DNA of 64,000 bases from positions 128,001-192,000 of the forward strand of contig CAXXHA010000029.1 in the NCBI GenBank assembly GCA_963662265.2. Direction: 5' to 3'. The notes beneath the pieces were generated by a model, which saw only the letters and a program-made list of their open reading frames with translations, searched no databases and was not told where the DNA came from. The translations under genes were made by a program, and so were the position numbers. This document shows positions 52,350-63,505 of this stretch, in pieces (position 1 is the first letter of the stretch; each line of letters begins with the position of its first letter). The DNA is from Spirochaetia bacterium (GTDB taxonomy: Bacteria; Spirochaetota; Spirochaetia; CADAEX01).

Positions 52350-52511
52350 CGATAATCAACCTTATATGAGGATATAATAATTATAAGTTTTATATATTAA
52401 AATGCAAAAAAAAACAGGCTGCAGATCACCGATTAATTAACGGATCAATGCTGCCTGATATATTTCTGCTAAAAATGTTTTTATCCACCTGAATGGATGA
52501 ATAATACTTTA

Positions 52512-54077
52512 TCAGTTGCCGTTGAAATTGTTGTAATAGTAGTCAAAGCTGTCTATAAGAGCTTCCCATGATGCTTCTATGATATTTTCTGAAACACCCA
52601 CAGTATCCCATTCTCTCTCGTGGTCAGTAGTTGTTACAAATACTCTAACCTTTGCCGCAGATGCTGACTGGGGATCAAGTATTCGCACCTTATAGTCAAT
52701 AAGGCTTATTTTCTCGAGAAAAGGGTGCTGTGGAACGAGAGCGTCTCTTAACGACTTGTCAAGAGTATCTACAGGACCTACGCCTACAGCAGCACCCATC
52801 ATGTTCATGCTTTCCGATTCCATGAAAACACGGCCGACTGTTTTACTCTGGATAGAACCTGTCTTGAATGATTCAAGGTGGTAGTTATTGAGGTTTATTA
52901 TTGGTTTATACATGCCCATGGTTTTTCTTATAAGTATGTCGAAAGAAGCTTCTGCCGCTTCATATTCATAACCGAATTCCTCTTTTTCCTTGAGAACATT
53001 GATAAGTTTTTTAACTTCAGGGCTGTTCTTGTCAAAGTTTCCGTATTTCTTGAGCTTGTTTACGATTGTGGATTTTCCCGAAAGTTCTGAAAGCAGTATC
53101 TGCCTGGAGTTCCCAACCTTGCTGCTGTCAACATGCTCCATAAGCTCAGATGCCTTTTCAATTACATCGGCGTGCTGGCCTGCCTTGTGGCTGAATGCGG
53201 CTTCTCCAACATAGGGCTGTCTTTTCTCAGGGATAATGTTTGCCATCTCATATACATAGCGGGAAAGAGATGTGATATTCTCTATTTCAGAATCTATGTT
53301 TGCAGAGTAATCAGATTTAAGGGAAATTGTAGGAGCAATTGAACACAGGTTTGCATTGCCGCATCTTTCTCCCCAGCCGTTTACAGTACCCTGTATATGC
53401 ACAGCTCCGTAATCAAGCGAGAGGAGGGAATTCGCAACAGCTGTTCCACAGTCATTATGAAAGTGGACTCCTACAGGAGCGAGTTTATCTATAGGTAGAC
53501 TTTTCAATATGGAAATCACTTCAGAAGGGAGAACCCCCCCGTTGGTATCGCATAAAACAAGTGCCTTTGCTCCGGCTTCGGTTGCAGTTTCAAGCACTTT
53601 AAGGCAGTAGTCGCTGTCATCCTTGAAGCCGTCGAAAAAATGTTCAAGATCGAAGAAAACCTGGCGGCCGTTTTTCTTCAGGTAATCAATTGATTCGTAA
53701 ATCATTTCAAGGTTTTCAGTGTCAGTAGTCTTTATGACTTTCTCGACATGTGCCTTCCATGATTTGCCTACTATTATGATATGCTCCATATCGGAACCGA
53801 GAAGCGCATTAAGATGGCTGTCTTCCGCTGCCTTGATTTTCGGTTTCTTTGTAGACCCGAATGCTACAATCTTCGCGTGGCTGAAATTTTCCTTTTTCAC
53901 CTGTTCAAAAAAAGCTGCCTCTTTTTTATTGGCAAGGGGAAAACCTCCTTCTATATAATCGATTTTCATTTCATCAAGTTTATGTGCAATCTTTATCTTG
54001 TCAGAAAGGGTGAAATTAATTTCTATACCCTGCATCCCGTCACGTAGTGTAGTATCATATAGGTCTATTTTCTTCAT
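52512..54077 (-). CDS. cimA: Citramalate synthase
   Basis: YDTTLRDGMQ, IVGKSW..HV, DLEHFFDG, LCDTNGG, WDTVGVSENIIEASW. Confidence 0.88.
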   Translation of the reverse strand: MKKIDLYDTTLRDGMQGIEINFTLSDKIKIAHKLDEMKIDYIEGGFPLANKKEAAFFEQVKKENFSHAKIVAFGSTKKPKIKAAEDSHLNALLGSDMEHIIIVGKSWKAHVEKVIKTTDTENLEMIYESIDYLKKNGRQVFFDLEHFFDGFKDDSDYCLKVLETATEAGAKALVLCDTNGGVLPSEVISILKSLPIDKLAPVGVHFHNDCGTAVANSLLSLDYGAVHIQGTVNGWGERCGNANLCSIAPTISLKSDYSANIDSEIENITSLSRYVYEMANIIPEKRQPYVGEAAFSHKAGQHADVIEKASELMEHVDSSKVGNSRQILLSELSGKSTIVNKLKKYGNFDKNSPEVKKLINVLKEKEEFGYEYEAAEASFDILIRKTMGMYKPIINLNNYHLESFKTGSIQSKTVGRVFMESESMNMMGAAVGVGPVDTLDKSLRDALVPQHPFLEKISLIDYKVRILDPQSASAAKVRVFVTTTDHEREWDTVGVSENIIEASWEALIDSFDYYYNNFNGN

Positions 54078-54092
54078 AAATCTCTCCCTTTT

Positions 54093-55595
54093 TTATAAAA
54101 AATTGGTTTTATTCAATGCATTAACATAAGCTATTGCGCTTGCTTCAAGGATATCTGTGGAAGACCCTCTTCCTTTGAGCTTGTTCCCGTCAACTTCTAT
54201 TGAAACAAAAACTTCCCCCATAGCCTGTTTTCCCGGTGTTACAGCTGATACCTTGTATTCTTTAAGAGTTGCTTTTATTTTTACCGCCCTTTCTATAGCA
54301 TTGAATATGGCATCAACCGGACCGTCACCTGTTGCAGCTTCTTCCATGACCTTGTCATCGTTAAGTACTCTTACAGTTGCTGTCGGAACTGATGTGTTCC
54401 CTGAAATAACATTAAAGTAATCAAGCTTGAATACTGCTGATTTCATTCCAAGTTCATCAGTAACAATAGTGATAAGGTCGTCATCATAAACCTCTTTTTT
54501 CCTGTCAGCAATATAAAGGAATCTCTTGTAAATATTCTGGATTTCCTCTTCCGACAGTTTGAACCCGAGTTCTGAAACCCTGCTCTTGAAACCGTGAAGA
54601 CCGGAATGGCGTCCGAGTACAATATCGCTGTTTTCCCTTCCGATTGATGCAGGTGTCATTATTTCATATGTTTCCCTGTTTTTAAGGAATCCGTCCTGAT
54701 GAATACCTGATTCATGTGCAAAAGCATTTGCACCTACTATTGGCTTGTTTCTTGCAAGGTTAAGCCCTGTAATATTTGATATGAGACGTGATGAATTATA
54801 TATATGATTTGTATTTATGTTTGTTTTATACGGGAGCTTGTCCTTCCTTACATACATAGCCATGATAAGTTCTTCAAGAGCCGCATTTCCCGCTCTTTCC
54901 CCTATGCCATTGAGAGTTACTTCAGCCTGTCTTGCCCCGTTATCAATAGCTGCTACAGTATTTGCAACAGCAAGGCCGAGGTCATTATGGCAATGAACAG
55001 AAATAACTGCTTTATCAATATTAGGCACATTGTTTTTAATATTGTGAATGAAATTGCCGAATTCCCTGGGTACAGCATAACCGACTGTATCCGGAATATT
55101 TATGACAGTGGCTCCGGCATTAATTACTTTTTCTATAATCCTGTAAAGAAACTCAGGTTCGCTTCTTGATGCATCTTCGGGTGAAAATTCAACTTCACCT
55201 GCCTTGTTCCTTGCGTAAGTGACTCCCCTGACTGCCATTTCAATCACGTCTTCGGGTGATTTGTTAAGCTTGTACTTCATATGGATTGGAGAAGTTGCAA
55301 TAAAAGTGTGAATTCTGGAAGACGCTGCTTTTGCAAGGGCTTCTGATGCTGCATCAATATCTTTTTCAACAGTTCTTGCAAGAACAGCAATTGTGCTGTT
55401 TTTGATTTTTTCAGCTATCTGCTGGCATGCCTGAAACTGGAATGGTGATGAAACAGGGAAGCCTGCTTCAATAACATCAACACCAAGTCTTTCAAGCTGA
55501 ACAGCTATTTCATATTTCTGTTCAATTGACATGGATGCACCGGGTGACTGTTCTCCGTCTCTTAATGTTGTATCAAAAATATAAATTTGATCCAT
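54093..55595 (-). CDS. leuA: 2-isopropylmalate synthase
   Basis: FDTTLRDGEQSPG, HCHNDLG, GIGERAGN, FAHESGIHQDG; regulatory domain GDGPVDA. Confidence 0.96.
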   Translation of the reverse strand: MDQIYIFDTTLRDGEQSPGASMSIEQKYEIAVQLERLGVDVIEAGFPVSSPFQFQACQQIAEKIKNSTIAVLARTVEKDIDAASEALAKAASSRIHTFIATSPIHMKYKLNKSPEDVIEMAVRGVTYARNKAGEVEFSPEDASRSEPEFLYRIIEKVINAGATVINIPDTVGYAVPREFGNFIHNIKNNVPNIDKAVISVHCHNDLGLAVANTVAAIDNGARQAEVTLNGIGERAGNAALEELIMAMYVRKDKLPYKTNINTNHIYNSSRLISNITGLNLARNKPIVGANAFAHESGIHQDGFLKNRETYEIMTPASIGRENSDIVLGRHSGLHGFKSRVSELGFKLSEEEIQNIYKRFLYIADRKKEVYDDDLITIVTDELGMKSAVFKLDYFNVISGNTSVPTATVRVLNDDKVMEEAATGDGPVDAIFNAIERAVKIKATLKEYKVSAVTPGKQAMGEVFVSIEVDGNKLKGRGSSTDILEASAIAYVNALNKTNFL

Positions 55596-55680
55596 AATTT
55601 TTCTCTCCTATATTGCTTTCAAGTTTTCAAGAAAGTCTCAGTCTCTGACAATAAAACCAGTTTTATTATTCACTCAGGGT

Positions 55681-55719
55681 AAAAAAAAAAGCCGCCCTGT
55701 TGAAGGACGGCTTTTTTTT
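55681..55719 (-). terminator. Attenuator terminator upstream of leuA
   Basis: mRNA AGCCGUCCU-UCAAC-AGGGCGGCU followed by a U run, between the leader ORF and leuA. Confidence 0.85.
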
Positions 55720-55732
55720 ATGGTTATCAGCA

Positions 55733-55831
55733 TTATCCTTCCTGCAAATTTTCCCCGCTAATTAGAATAATAATAATGAGTAGGTTAATAATTGCAGAAA
55801 TTGTAATGTTTTTAATGGATTTCTCTGTCAT
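55733..55831 (-). CDS. Ile/Leu-rich attenuator leader peptide, 32 aa (MTEKSIKNITISAIINLLIIIILISGENLQEG)
   Basis: Hand-translated: 10 Ile codons (all ATT) and 4 Leu codons (two CTA); followed directly by a terminator and then leuA-cimA. Confidence 0.82.
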   Translation of the reverse strand: MTEKSIKNITISAIINLLIIIILISGENLQEG

Positions 55832-55998
55832 ATATACCTGTTTAACTAATGATTTAAAAATTGTCAAGAAAAAAAGTGTAAAAAACAATTATCTATGAAA
55901 AAAAATTATGATAATAAGGCAGAAAAACACTGATGTTAGTGGTAAAAAGAGAATAAAATAGGCTTGACCTGTAATTTTAATAACCATAAAATTATAGT

Positions 55999-57729
55999 AT
56001 GGGAAAAAAAGATGTTTTCGAACAACTAGCTGATGACCTTCCTGATGATGAAAGAATTACGATGCTGAATGAGATAAAAGAGGATCTCAAGAAGCATCAA
56101 AAAGTTGAAAGCAAAGAGCCTGAAAAACAGATAAAGAAAGACAAGGAACACAAACTTGTTGAAACAGAATATCATAATTCAAGTCTTATAGATAAAATAC
56201 AGCTGTTTATCAAAAAAATTATTACCGGAAAATCTGTATATGCTTTAATGAAAGAAAAGATGATTAAAAATCTTGGGAAATCTGTAGAACATGATTACCC
56301 CGGATTCGTTGATATCAAGGATTCAAGAATTAAGGAACCATACTGCAATGAAATCCAGCTGCTGAAAACTTCAATAGCTGATATTACTGACGTTTTCAAT
56401 GTTATTGAAAACTTCGGGAAAGCAGAATTTTACCAGTTTATTGCAGCTTCTGAAATGTCTGAACTTGAAGAGACACTGGAAAAAAATACTGATCCTGACT
56501 TTATTCTTAGAACAGGGCTTGTAACAGAGCGTAAAAAAGTACGAAATGAAATTATAAGGCAGTATCATGATATTATTGAATCTGTTGACAGTATTGAAAA
56601 GGAAAAGGTTTATGAGATAATCAGGGCTTTTTTTCTTTTAAAGCAGCTTGTTATATTTAATTTTGACAGTTTCTCCAGAAAAATTGAATTTGAGCCCAAT
56701 GGCAATAAATTCTCATCATTCGGCAACTGCAGAAAAATTATCAGGGATCTGTATGAGATAGTATTCAACATACAGAATTCCTCTGCTCCATACAAGAAAC
56801 TCCTGAGATATATGGCGGAATTCTATTATGAAAAGGGTGATGCGGCTGCAAAAGTTTCCAGGGAAGATTTTCTGAATAAAATGCTTAACAAGCTGATAAG
56901 TGATTTTAATGTCATAGAAACATTCAGCAAAAACACCCCTATGAAGAATCTGATAAAATATATGTACAAGGATTTTCATTATGAGCCGGGAAAAATTACC
57001 GGCGGTGAAGAGTGGTTCAATGTCTATAAAAATTATCTTAAGGAGAAAATTGACAGAAAGTATGATATCTTTCTGAACGATCAGAAAAAGAATGATATTC
57101 TTCGTAAACTCAGACATTTCATAGATACACTGCCGGATGAGAAGAATCTTAATTTTTCCGTGGATGTGAAGGAACGTATTTATAGATTTGAATACGCAAA
57201 CCTGTTTTTCTATCTGAAAGAGCTTAAAAACACATTTTACCAGAAAAAAATAGAAAGAATTGTCTCTGCAGTACTGCTTGACGGTGCTTTTTACAAGGAT
57301 ACAAATAAAAAGGAATTATACGAGGCATATAATTTTCTGAATACAATAGATGTTGAATTCAGAAATTTCAAGAACAGGATAGATCCCGAGAGTGAAGAAA
57401 TAAAAAATATCAGAAAATACAATTTCGAAGAGACATCCAAGAAGCTCCAGAAAAAGAAAACCGAACGTTTTATAAACGAAATCAATGAGAGCCTTCTCGA
57501 AAAATACAATGAATACTACAATGCATTTGTTTCTGTCAGCAATGTACTTTATGGAATTGTGAACGGCAATATAGGCGGTAAATATGACACTCTTTCCAAT
57601 GTTTCAGATGTGTGTGAAGAAAAAACTTTCATGTCGCTGACATCAATAAATACTGTAAACAATAATCTCAAGGAAATGCTGAAGATGCTGAATGACCTTA
57701 CTGATCTCTATGGTATAAAAAGTGAATAA
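55999..57729 (+). CDS. Spirochaete conserved hypothetical protein (DUF5312-like)
   Basis: Long helical ORF with GGEEWF, G.FYK..N and GKYDTLSN motifs; family by recalled resemblance. Confidence 0.6.
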   Translation: MGKKDVFEQLADDLPDDERITMLNEIKEDLKKHQKVESKEPEKQIKKDKEHKLVETEYHNSSLIDKIQLFIKKIITGKSVYALMKEKMIKNLGKSVEHDYPGFVDIKDSRIKEPYCNEIQLLKTSIADITDVFNVIENFGKAEFYQFIAASEMSELEETLEKNTDPDFILRTGLVTERKKVRNEIIRQYHDIIESVDSIEKEKVYEIIRAFFLLKQLVIFNFDSFSRKIEFEPNGNKFSSFGNCRKIIRDLYEIVFNIQNSSAPYKKLLRYMAEFYYEKGDAAAKVSREDFLNKMLNKLISDFNVIETFSKNTPMKNLIKYMYKDFHYEPGKITGGEEWFNVYKNYLKEKIDRKYDIFLNDQKKNDILRKLRHFIDTLPDEKNLNFSVDVKERIYRFEYANLFFYLKELKNTFYQKKIERIVSAVLLDGAFYKDTNKKELYEAYNFLNTIDVEFRNFKNRIDPESEEIKNIRKYNFEETSKKLQKKKTERFINEINESLLEKYNEYYNAFVSVSNVLYGIVNGNIGGKYDTLSNVSDVCEEKTFMSLTSINTVNNNLKEMLKMLNDLTDLYGIKSE

Positions 57730-58474
57730 ATTTATAGAAACTGATTCTGATAATTACCTTAAATTCGATTTCAGCACATCTGATTCACCTGAGTGTATTA
57801 TGTCTCTCAGATCTGCAGGCGGAATGGGAAGAAATACTGATCCTGAAACAGCAGAGCGCAGGAATTTTCTGGAAAAGACAGGTGTAGAGGATTATTTTAA
57901 GCTTAACCAGACTCACAGCCGGATTGTTCATAATGCTGCAGATCTAGGCAGTGCTGATAACGTTGTTGAAGGGGACGGCCTTTATTCCTTCAGCCGTGAA
58001 AATATACTTGCTGTTACTGCCGCAGACTGCATGCCTGTGTTTTTCTTCAGCAGATCAGAAGGAGTATTCGGGGTTCTTCACTCCGGATGGAAAGGTACCG
58101 GCATATCGATAGAAGCTGTCCAGGAGATAGAGAAAGATGCCGGCAGACAGATTGATGACTTTGAATTCATACTTGGGCCTTCAATAGGGTCCTGCTGTTA
58201 TGAGGTGGACCGTGACAGGGCAGAAGTATTTGAAAATCTTTATGGAAGTGATTCTGTAGTTACAAGGGATAATTCCGGCTATAAAAAAGAAAGCGGAAAA
58301 AGATATTATCTTGATCTCATAAAGGCAAATACAGCTGTTCTTGATAAAAAAGGGATTAAAAATATTAAAATAATTGAAAACTGCACCTGCTGCAGTGAAA
58401 ACTTCTATTCTTTCCGCGGAGATGGGCCGAAACAGTTCAGGCTCATGCTTGCACTAATCGGATATTTTAGATAA
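57722..58474 (+). CDS. pgeF: PgeF/YfiH (laccase-domain) protein
   Basis: QTHS, TAADCMP, HSGWKG, GPSIGSCCYEV, CTCC...YSFR. Confidence 0.9.
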   Translation: MNKFIETDSDNYLKFDFSTSDSPECIMSLRSAGGMGRNTDPETAERRNFLEKTGVEDYFKLNQTHSRIVHNAADLGSADNVVEGDGLYSFSRENILAVTAADCMPVFFFSRSEGVFGVLHSGWKGTGISIEAVQEIEKDAGRQIDDFEFILGPSIGSCCYEVDRDRAEVFENLYGSDSVVTRDNSGYKKESGKRYYLDLIKANTAVLDKKGIKNIKIIENCTCCSENFYSFRGDGPKQFRLMLALIGYFR

Positions 58475-58484
58475 TTTAACTGGT

Positions 58485-60218
58485 ATGGATAATGTTAAAG
58501 ATATACTCAGAAAAAAGATCTTCAGTGCTGTAAGCAGTATTGCAGATAATATAGATTCAAAACCGGAGGATATAGTAGTTGAAACACCTCCGAAGCCGGA
58601 ACTCGGGGATTATGCTTTTCCCATGTTTCCCTTTGCAAAAGCCTTGAGAAAATCTCCTGTTCAGATAGCTTCCCAGATTGCTGAAATGCTTTCAGCAGAT
58701 GATGCTAACAGCTATCAGGCAACAGGCCCCTATATAAATGTCAAAATAAAAAGAGACTCTGTTGTCAGTGACACCCTCAGGCAGGTGGAAGAAGAGGGGG
58801 ACAGGTACGGTTTCAGCAACAGCAGAAGCGGCGAAAAGATAATGCTTGAATTTTCATGTCCCAATACAAATAAGCCTCTTCACCTCGGGCACCTAAGAAA
58901 TGACTCATTGGGTGAAAGTGTTTCAAGAATTCTCAAGGCAAACGGAGCTGATGTTAAAAAGGTGAACCTGATCAATGACCGGGGTATTCATATATGTAAA
59001 TCAATGCTTGCCTATAAGGAACTTGGAAACGGGACAACACCTGAATCTGAAAACATGAAAAGCGACCATTTTGTAGGCAAGTATTATGTTGAATTCACAA
59101 ATCTTTCAAAACAGGATGAAAAGGCAGAAGAAAGAGCGCGTGAAATGCTTGTTAAATGGGAAAAAGGCGATGAAGAAACCATAAAGCTCTGGAAACAGAT
59201 GAACAGGTGGACAATTGACGGTGTTAATGAGACATATGAGAAGACAGGTATTTCCTTTGACAAGGTATATTATGAAAGCGAAACATATGCTTCAGGTAAA
59301 GAGGAAGTACTGAAAGGTATTGAAAAAGGGGTTTTCTACAAAGATGAAAAAGGAACTGTCTGGGTTGATCTTGAAGATATCAACCTTGACAAGAAAGTTC
59401 TTTTAAGGGCTGACGGAACATCTCTATATCTTACACAGGATTTAGGAACTGCTATCAAACGGCATGGAGACTGGCCGTTTGAAACTCTTATATATGTTGT
59501 TGCATCTGAGCAGCAGTACCATTTCAAGGTTCTTTTCGAAGTTCTTTCAAGGCTTGGCTATAAATGGGCTGAAAACCTTTACCATCTTTCATACGGAATG
59601 GTTAACCTTCCTGAAGGGAAGATGAAATCCCGTGAGGGAACAGTTGTTGATGCTGATGATCTTTTTGCTGAACTCGCATCAATGGCGAAAAATGAGATTA
59701 TTGAAAAAGAAAGGGCTGAATTTATAGATGATATCGAAGATACATCGGAAAAAATAGCTCTTTCAGCTCTCAACTACTATCTTCTTTCCACAAATCCGAC
59801 AAAGGATATGATATTCAATCCAAAGGAATCTCTCTCCTTCAACGGAAACACAGGTCCTTATCTTCAGTATATGGGGGCCAGGATAGTAAGTATTTTAAGA
59901 AAATTCGGCAGAAATGCAGACAGGGCATCGGTTGATACTTCACTTCTGAAAACTGATGATGAGTGGGATCTGATAAAAATGATAGGTGCATTTTCAGATG
60001 TAGTTGAAGAGGCCGGCAGGGAATATAACCCCGCTTCTGTAACTTCCTACACATATGAACTTGCAAAAAGATTCAGTAAATATTATCATGATGTTCAGAT
60101 ACTCAACAACGAAGACAGTAATCTTGTTGAGGCTCGTGTATATCTCGTCGAAATGGTACTGCAGGTACTGAAAAACTGTTTCAGCCTGATAGGGATACCG
60201 TTTCTTGAAGTTATGTGA
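58485..60218 (+). CDS. argS: Arginyl-tRNA synthetase
   Basis: EFSCPNTNKPLHLGH, KMKSREG, GNTGPYLQY. Confidence 0.97.
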   Translation: MDNVKDILRKKIFSAVSSIADNIDSKPEDIVVETPPKPELGDYAFPMFPFAKALRKSPVQIASQIAEMLSADDANSYQATGPYINVKIKRDSVVSDTLRQVEEEGDRYGFSNSRSGEKIMLEFSCPNTNKPLHLGHLRNDSLGESVSRILKANGADVKKVNLINDRGIHICKSMLAYKELGNGTTPESENMKSDHFVGKYYVEFTNLSKQDEKAEERAREMLVKWEKGDEETIKLWKQMNRWTIDGVNETYEKTGISFDKVYYESETYASGKEEVLKGIEKGVFYKDEKGTVWVDLEDINLDKKVLLRADGTSLYLTQDLGTAIKRHGDWPFETLIYVVASEQQYHFKVLFEVLSRLGYKWAENLYHLSYGMVNLPEGKMKSREGTVVDADDLFAELASMAKNEIIEKERAEFIDDIEDTSEKIALSALNYYLLSTNPTKDMIFNPKESLSFNGNTGPYLQYMGARIVSILRKFGRNADRASVDTSLLKTDDEWDLIKMIGAFSDVVEEAGREYNPASVTSYTYELAKRFSKYYHDVQILNNEDSNLVEARVYLVEMVLQVLKNCFSLIGIPFLEVM

Positions 60219-60299
60219 TCAAAAGAGGGGTCTATTGACCTTGATTGATTATTGTGGTATATGAATATACTGAAAAATACAATATGGTAGGGAATTAGA

Positions 60300-60614
60300 A
60301 TGTACGCACTGGTTGAAATTAAAGGAAAACAATACAAAGCAGAAAAGGGAGCTGTCCTCAAAGTAGATAGAATTGATTCTGAAAAAGGTGATTCTCTCGA
60401 ATTCGATAAAGTTCTTATGCTTAGTAATGATAGTGATGTTAAAATTGGTACTCCTTATGTAGAGGGAATCAAGGTACAGGGTTCTGTAGAGGATCAGATT
60501 AAAGATAAAAAGGTAGTTGTGTTCAAGTACAAAAGAAGAAAAAACTACAAAAGAACACAGGGCCACAGACAGCAGTATACTCTTGTTAAAATCAACGACA
60601 TAGTCGGAGCATAA
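60300..60614 (+). CDS. rplU: 50S ribosomal protein L21
   Basis: MYALVEIKGKQYK...GHRQQYT. Confidence 0.97.
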   Translation: MYALVEIKGKQYKAEKGAVLKVDRIDSEKGDSLEFDKVLMLSNDSDVKIGTPYVEGIKVQGSVEDQIKDKKVVVFKYKRRKNYKRTQGHRQQYTLVKINDIVGA

Positions 60615-60622
60615 CAGATAAA

Positions 60623-60955
60623 TTGCTGAAAATTCTGATCAGGCTTGATACAGGCAGAGTATTGAGGGAAATCAGAGCATCAGGACATGCGGGAGATGAT
60701 GCAAAGGGGCATAATACAGTCTGCGCCGCTGCAACATCTCTTATCAGGTCTGCATGCAGAACTGTTACATGTGATTCAGAAATAAAATCCATGTTTTCTG
60801 CACCTGAACCTGGACAGCTGGACTTCAGTATTCATCATTATGAATCACTGAAGTCGGAGTGGTTGAAAGGAATAACTGATTATTTGTTAACAGGATTAAC
60901 AGATCTTGATAATGAATATCCGGAATATTTTGAAATAAATATAACAACTATTTGA
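60623..60955 (+). CDS. prp: Ribosomal-processing cysteine protease Prp family
   Basis: SGHAG...VCAA His/Cys dyad; lies between rplU and rpmA. Confidence 0.85.
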   Translation: MLKILIRLDTGRVLREIRASGHAGDDAKGHNTVCAAATSLIRSACRTVTCDSEIKSMFSAPEPGQLDFSIHHYESLKSEWLKGITDYLLTGLTDLDNEYPEYFEINITTI

Positions 60956-60966
60956 AGGAGATATAA

Positions 60967-61218
60967 ATGGCTCATAAGAAAGGCGGCGGTAGCTCAAAGA
61001 ACGGAAGAGATTCAAATTCCAAGAGACTTGGTGTAAAAAAATTCGGCGGTGAAGTAGTAACTGCAGGATCAATCATTGTAAGACAGAAAGGTACAAAATT
61101 CCACTGCGGTGACAATGCAGGTCTCGGAAGAGATTATACAATTTTTGCTAAACTTGACGGAAAAGTTGTATTTACAAGCAGAAAAGGAAAAAAATATATT
61201 TCTGTTGAAGCAGTTTAA
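60967..61218 (+). CDS. rpmA: 50S ribosomal protein L27
   Basis: [16 protein letters not shown]. Confidence 0.98.
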   Translation: MAHKKGGGSSKNGRDSNSKRLGVKKFGGEVVTAGSIIVRQKGTKFHCGDNAGLGRDYTIFAKLDGKVVFTSRKGKKYISVEAV

Positions 61219-62244
<1,026 letters not shown>

Positions 62245-62295
62245 TGCAGGTATATATAAATTCTTTTAATTTGCATTGCTTTTGCCACAATGTAA

Positions 62296-62343
62296 GCCCC
62301 TTTCAGGGGCGAGACTGCAAAACCACCAGCAACGCAGGTGGTT
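62296..62343. repeat. Double-hairpin element resembling an IS200/IS605-family end or REP
   Basis: GCCCCT-TTC-AGGGGC, then AACCACC-AGCAACGCA-GGTGGTT; GC-rich within an AT-rich spacer. Confidence 0.5.
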
Positions 62344-62355
62344 GATGGCTGAATA

Positions 62356-62925
62356 ATGAAAATTCTTATATTCGGCGGAAGCTTTAACCCGCTACATAAC
62401 GGACATCTGTTTATAGCAGAAGAAGCAAAATACACACTTTCCTACGACAGAGTTATTTTTGTCCCTTCAAATATATCTTCGCATAAAGAAGACAGGACAG
62501 GACTGGACCCTGAAGCCAGATTCAGCATGCTTGAAGAGGCATTGAAGGAATATCCTGATTTTACAGTCGACAGATTTGATATAGAGCATGGCGGAGTATC
62601 ATATTCAGTAAATACAATTGACCATATTTACAGGAACTACAGATTTGACGGAAAACCGGGATTTGTAATAGGGGATGATCTTCTGCCGGGGTTCAATTCA
62701 TGGAAAAATGTTGATGAACTCATTAAAAAAATCGATCTGGTAGTTGTGAGACGTGAATCAGATGAGAAAATTGAATCTGAATACCCTGATTATTACATAG
62801 ATAATACAGTTCTGCCGATATCTTCTACAGATATAAGAAACAGAATCAAAGAGGGTAAATCGGTTAAATTCCTTGTTCCTGATATAATCAGGGAAATGAT
62901 TGAAAAAAATGGTTATTACAGATAA
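62356..62925 (+). CDS. nadD: Nicotinate-nucleotide adenylyltransferase
   Basis: FGGSFNPLHNGH, IGDD, ISSTDIR. Confidence 0.95.
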   Translation: MKILIFGGSFNPLHNGHLFIAEEAKYTLSYDRVIFVPSNISSHKEDRTGLDPEARFSMLEEALKEYPDFTVDRFDIEHGGVSYSVNTIDHIYRNYRFDGKPGFVIGDDLLPGFNSWKNVDELIKKIDLVVVRRESDEKIESEYPDYYIDNTVLPISSTDIRNRIKEGKSVKFLVPDIIREMIEKNGYYR

Positions 62926-63505
62926 TAAAATAAAAGAATTTGATAAATATTTAAAAGAAAACCTTTCCTATGAAAGATATGCTCATTCATTGTCGACAGC
63001 TGAAACTGCTGAAAAACTCTGCATCAATTTCGGAATAGATCCTGTGAAGGGGTATTTCACAGGGCTTGTTCATGATATTGCCAGGGAATATGATAATGAT
63101 GAAATTATAAATACATGTGTAGAAAAGGGTGAAAAAGTACATGAATGGGAAGAAAGAGAACCTGTACTTCTTCATGGAAAAGCGGGAGCAGGAATTCTTA
63201 AAAATGATTTTTCAGTAAGCGACGAGGAAATACTTGACGCAGTGCGTCTCCATACAACCGGAGCTCCCGGTATGAGCAGTCTTGCAAAAATTCTTTTTAT
63301 ATCAGATTATATTGAACCATGCAGAAAGCATATAACTGAAGAATATCTTGAGAATCTTGATTTCAGTGATATGAATATAATGCTTAAAACTGTTCTTGAA
63401 TCTATAATTGAATATATGAAATCACGAGGCGGAAAGCCTTCAGATATATCAATAGAACTGTTAAAGGAACTGGAAACATGCGAAGAAACAGTAAACCAGA
63501 TATAA
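62909..63505 (+). CDS. yqeK: YqeK HD-domain Ap4A hydrolase
   Basis: RYAHS, VHDIAR, LLHG, HTTG, SDYIEP; follows nadD. Confidence 0.88.
   Translation: MVITDNKIKEFDKYLKENLSYERYAHSLSTAETAEKLCINFGIDPVKGYFTGLVHDIAREYDNDEIINTCVEKGEKVHEWEEREPVLLHGKAGAGILKNDFSVSDEEILDAVRLHTTGAPGMSSLAKILFISDYIEPCRKHITEEYLENLDFSDMNIMLKTVLESIIEYMKSRGGKPSDISIELLKELETCEETVNQI

Noticed and set aside
50665-52400. tRNA-anchored genomic island
   Set aside because: No integrase, and I saw no duplicated tRNA 3' end in the window.
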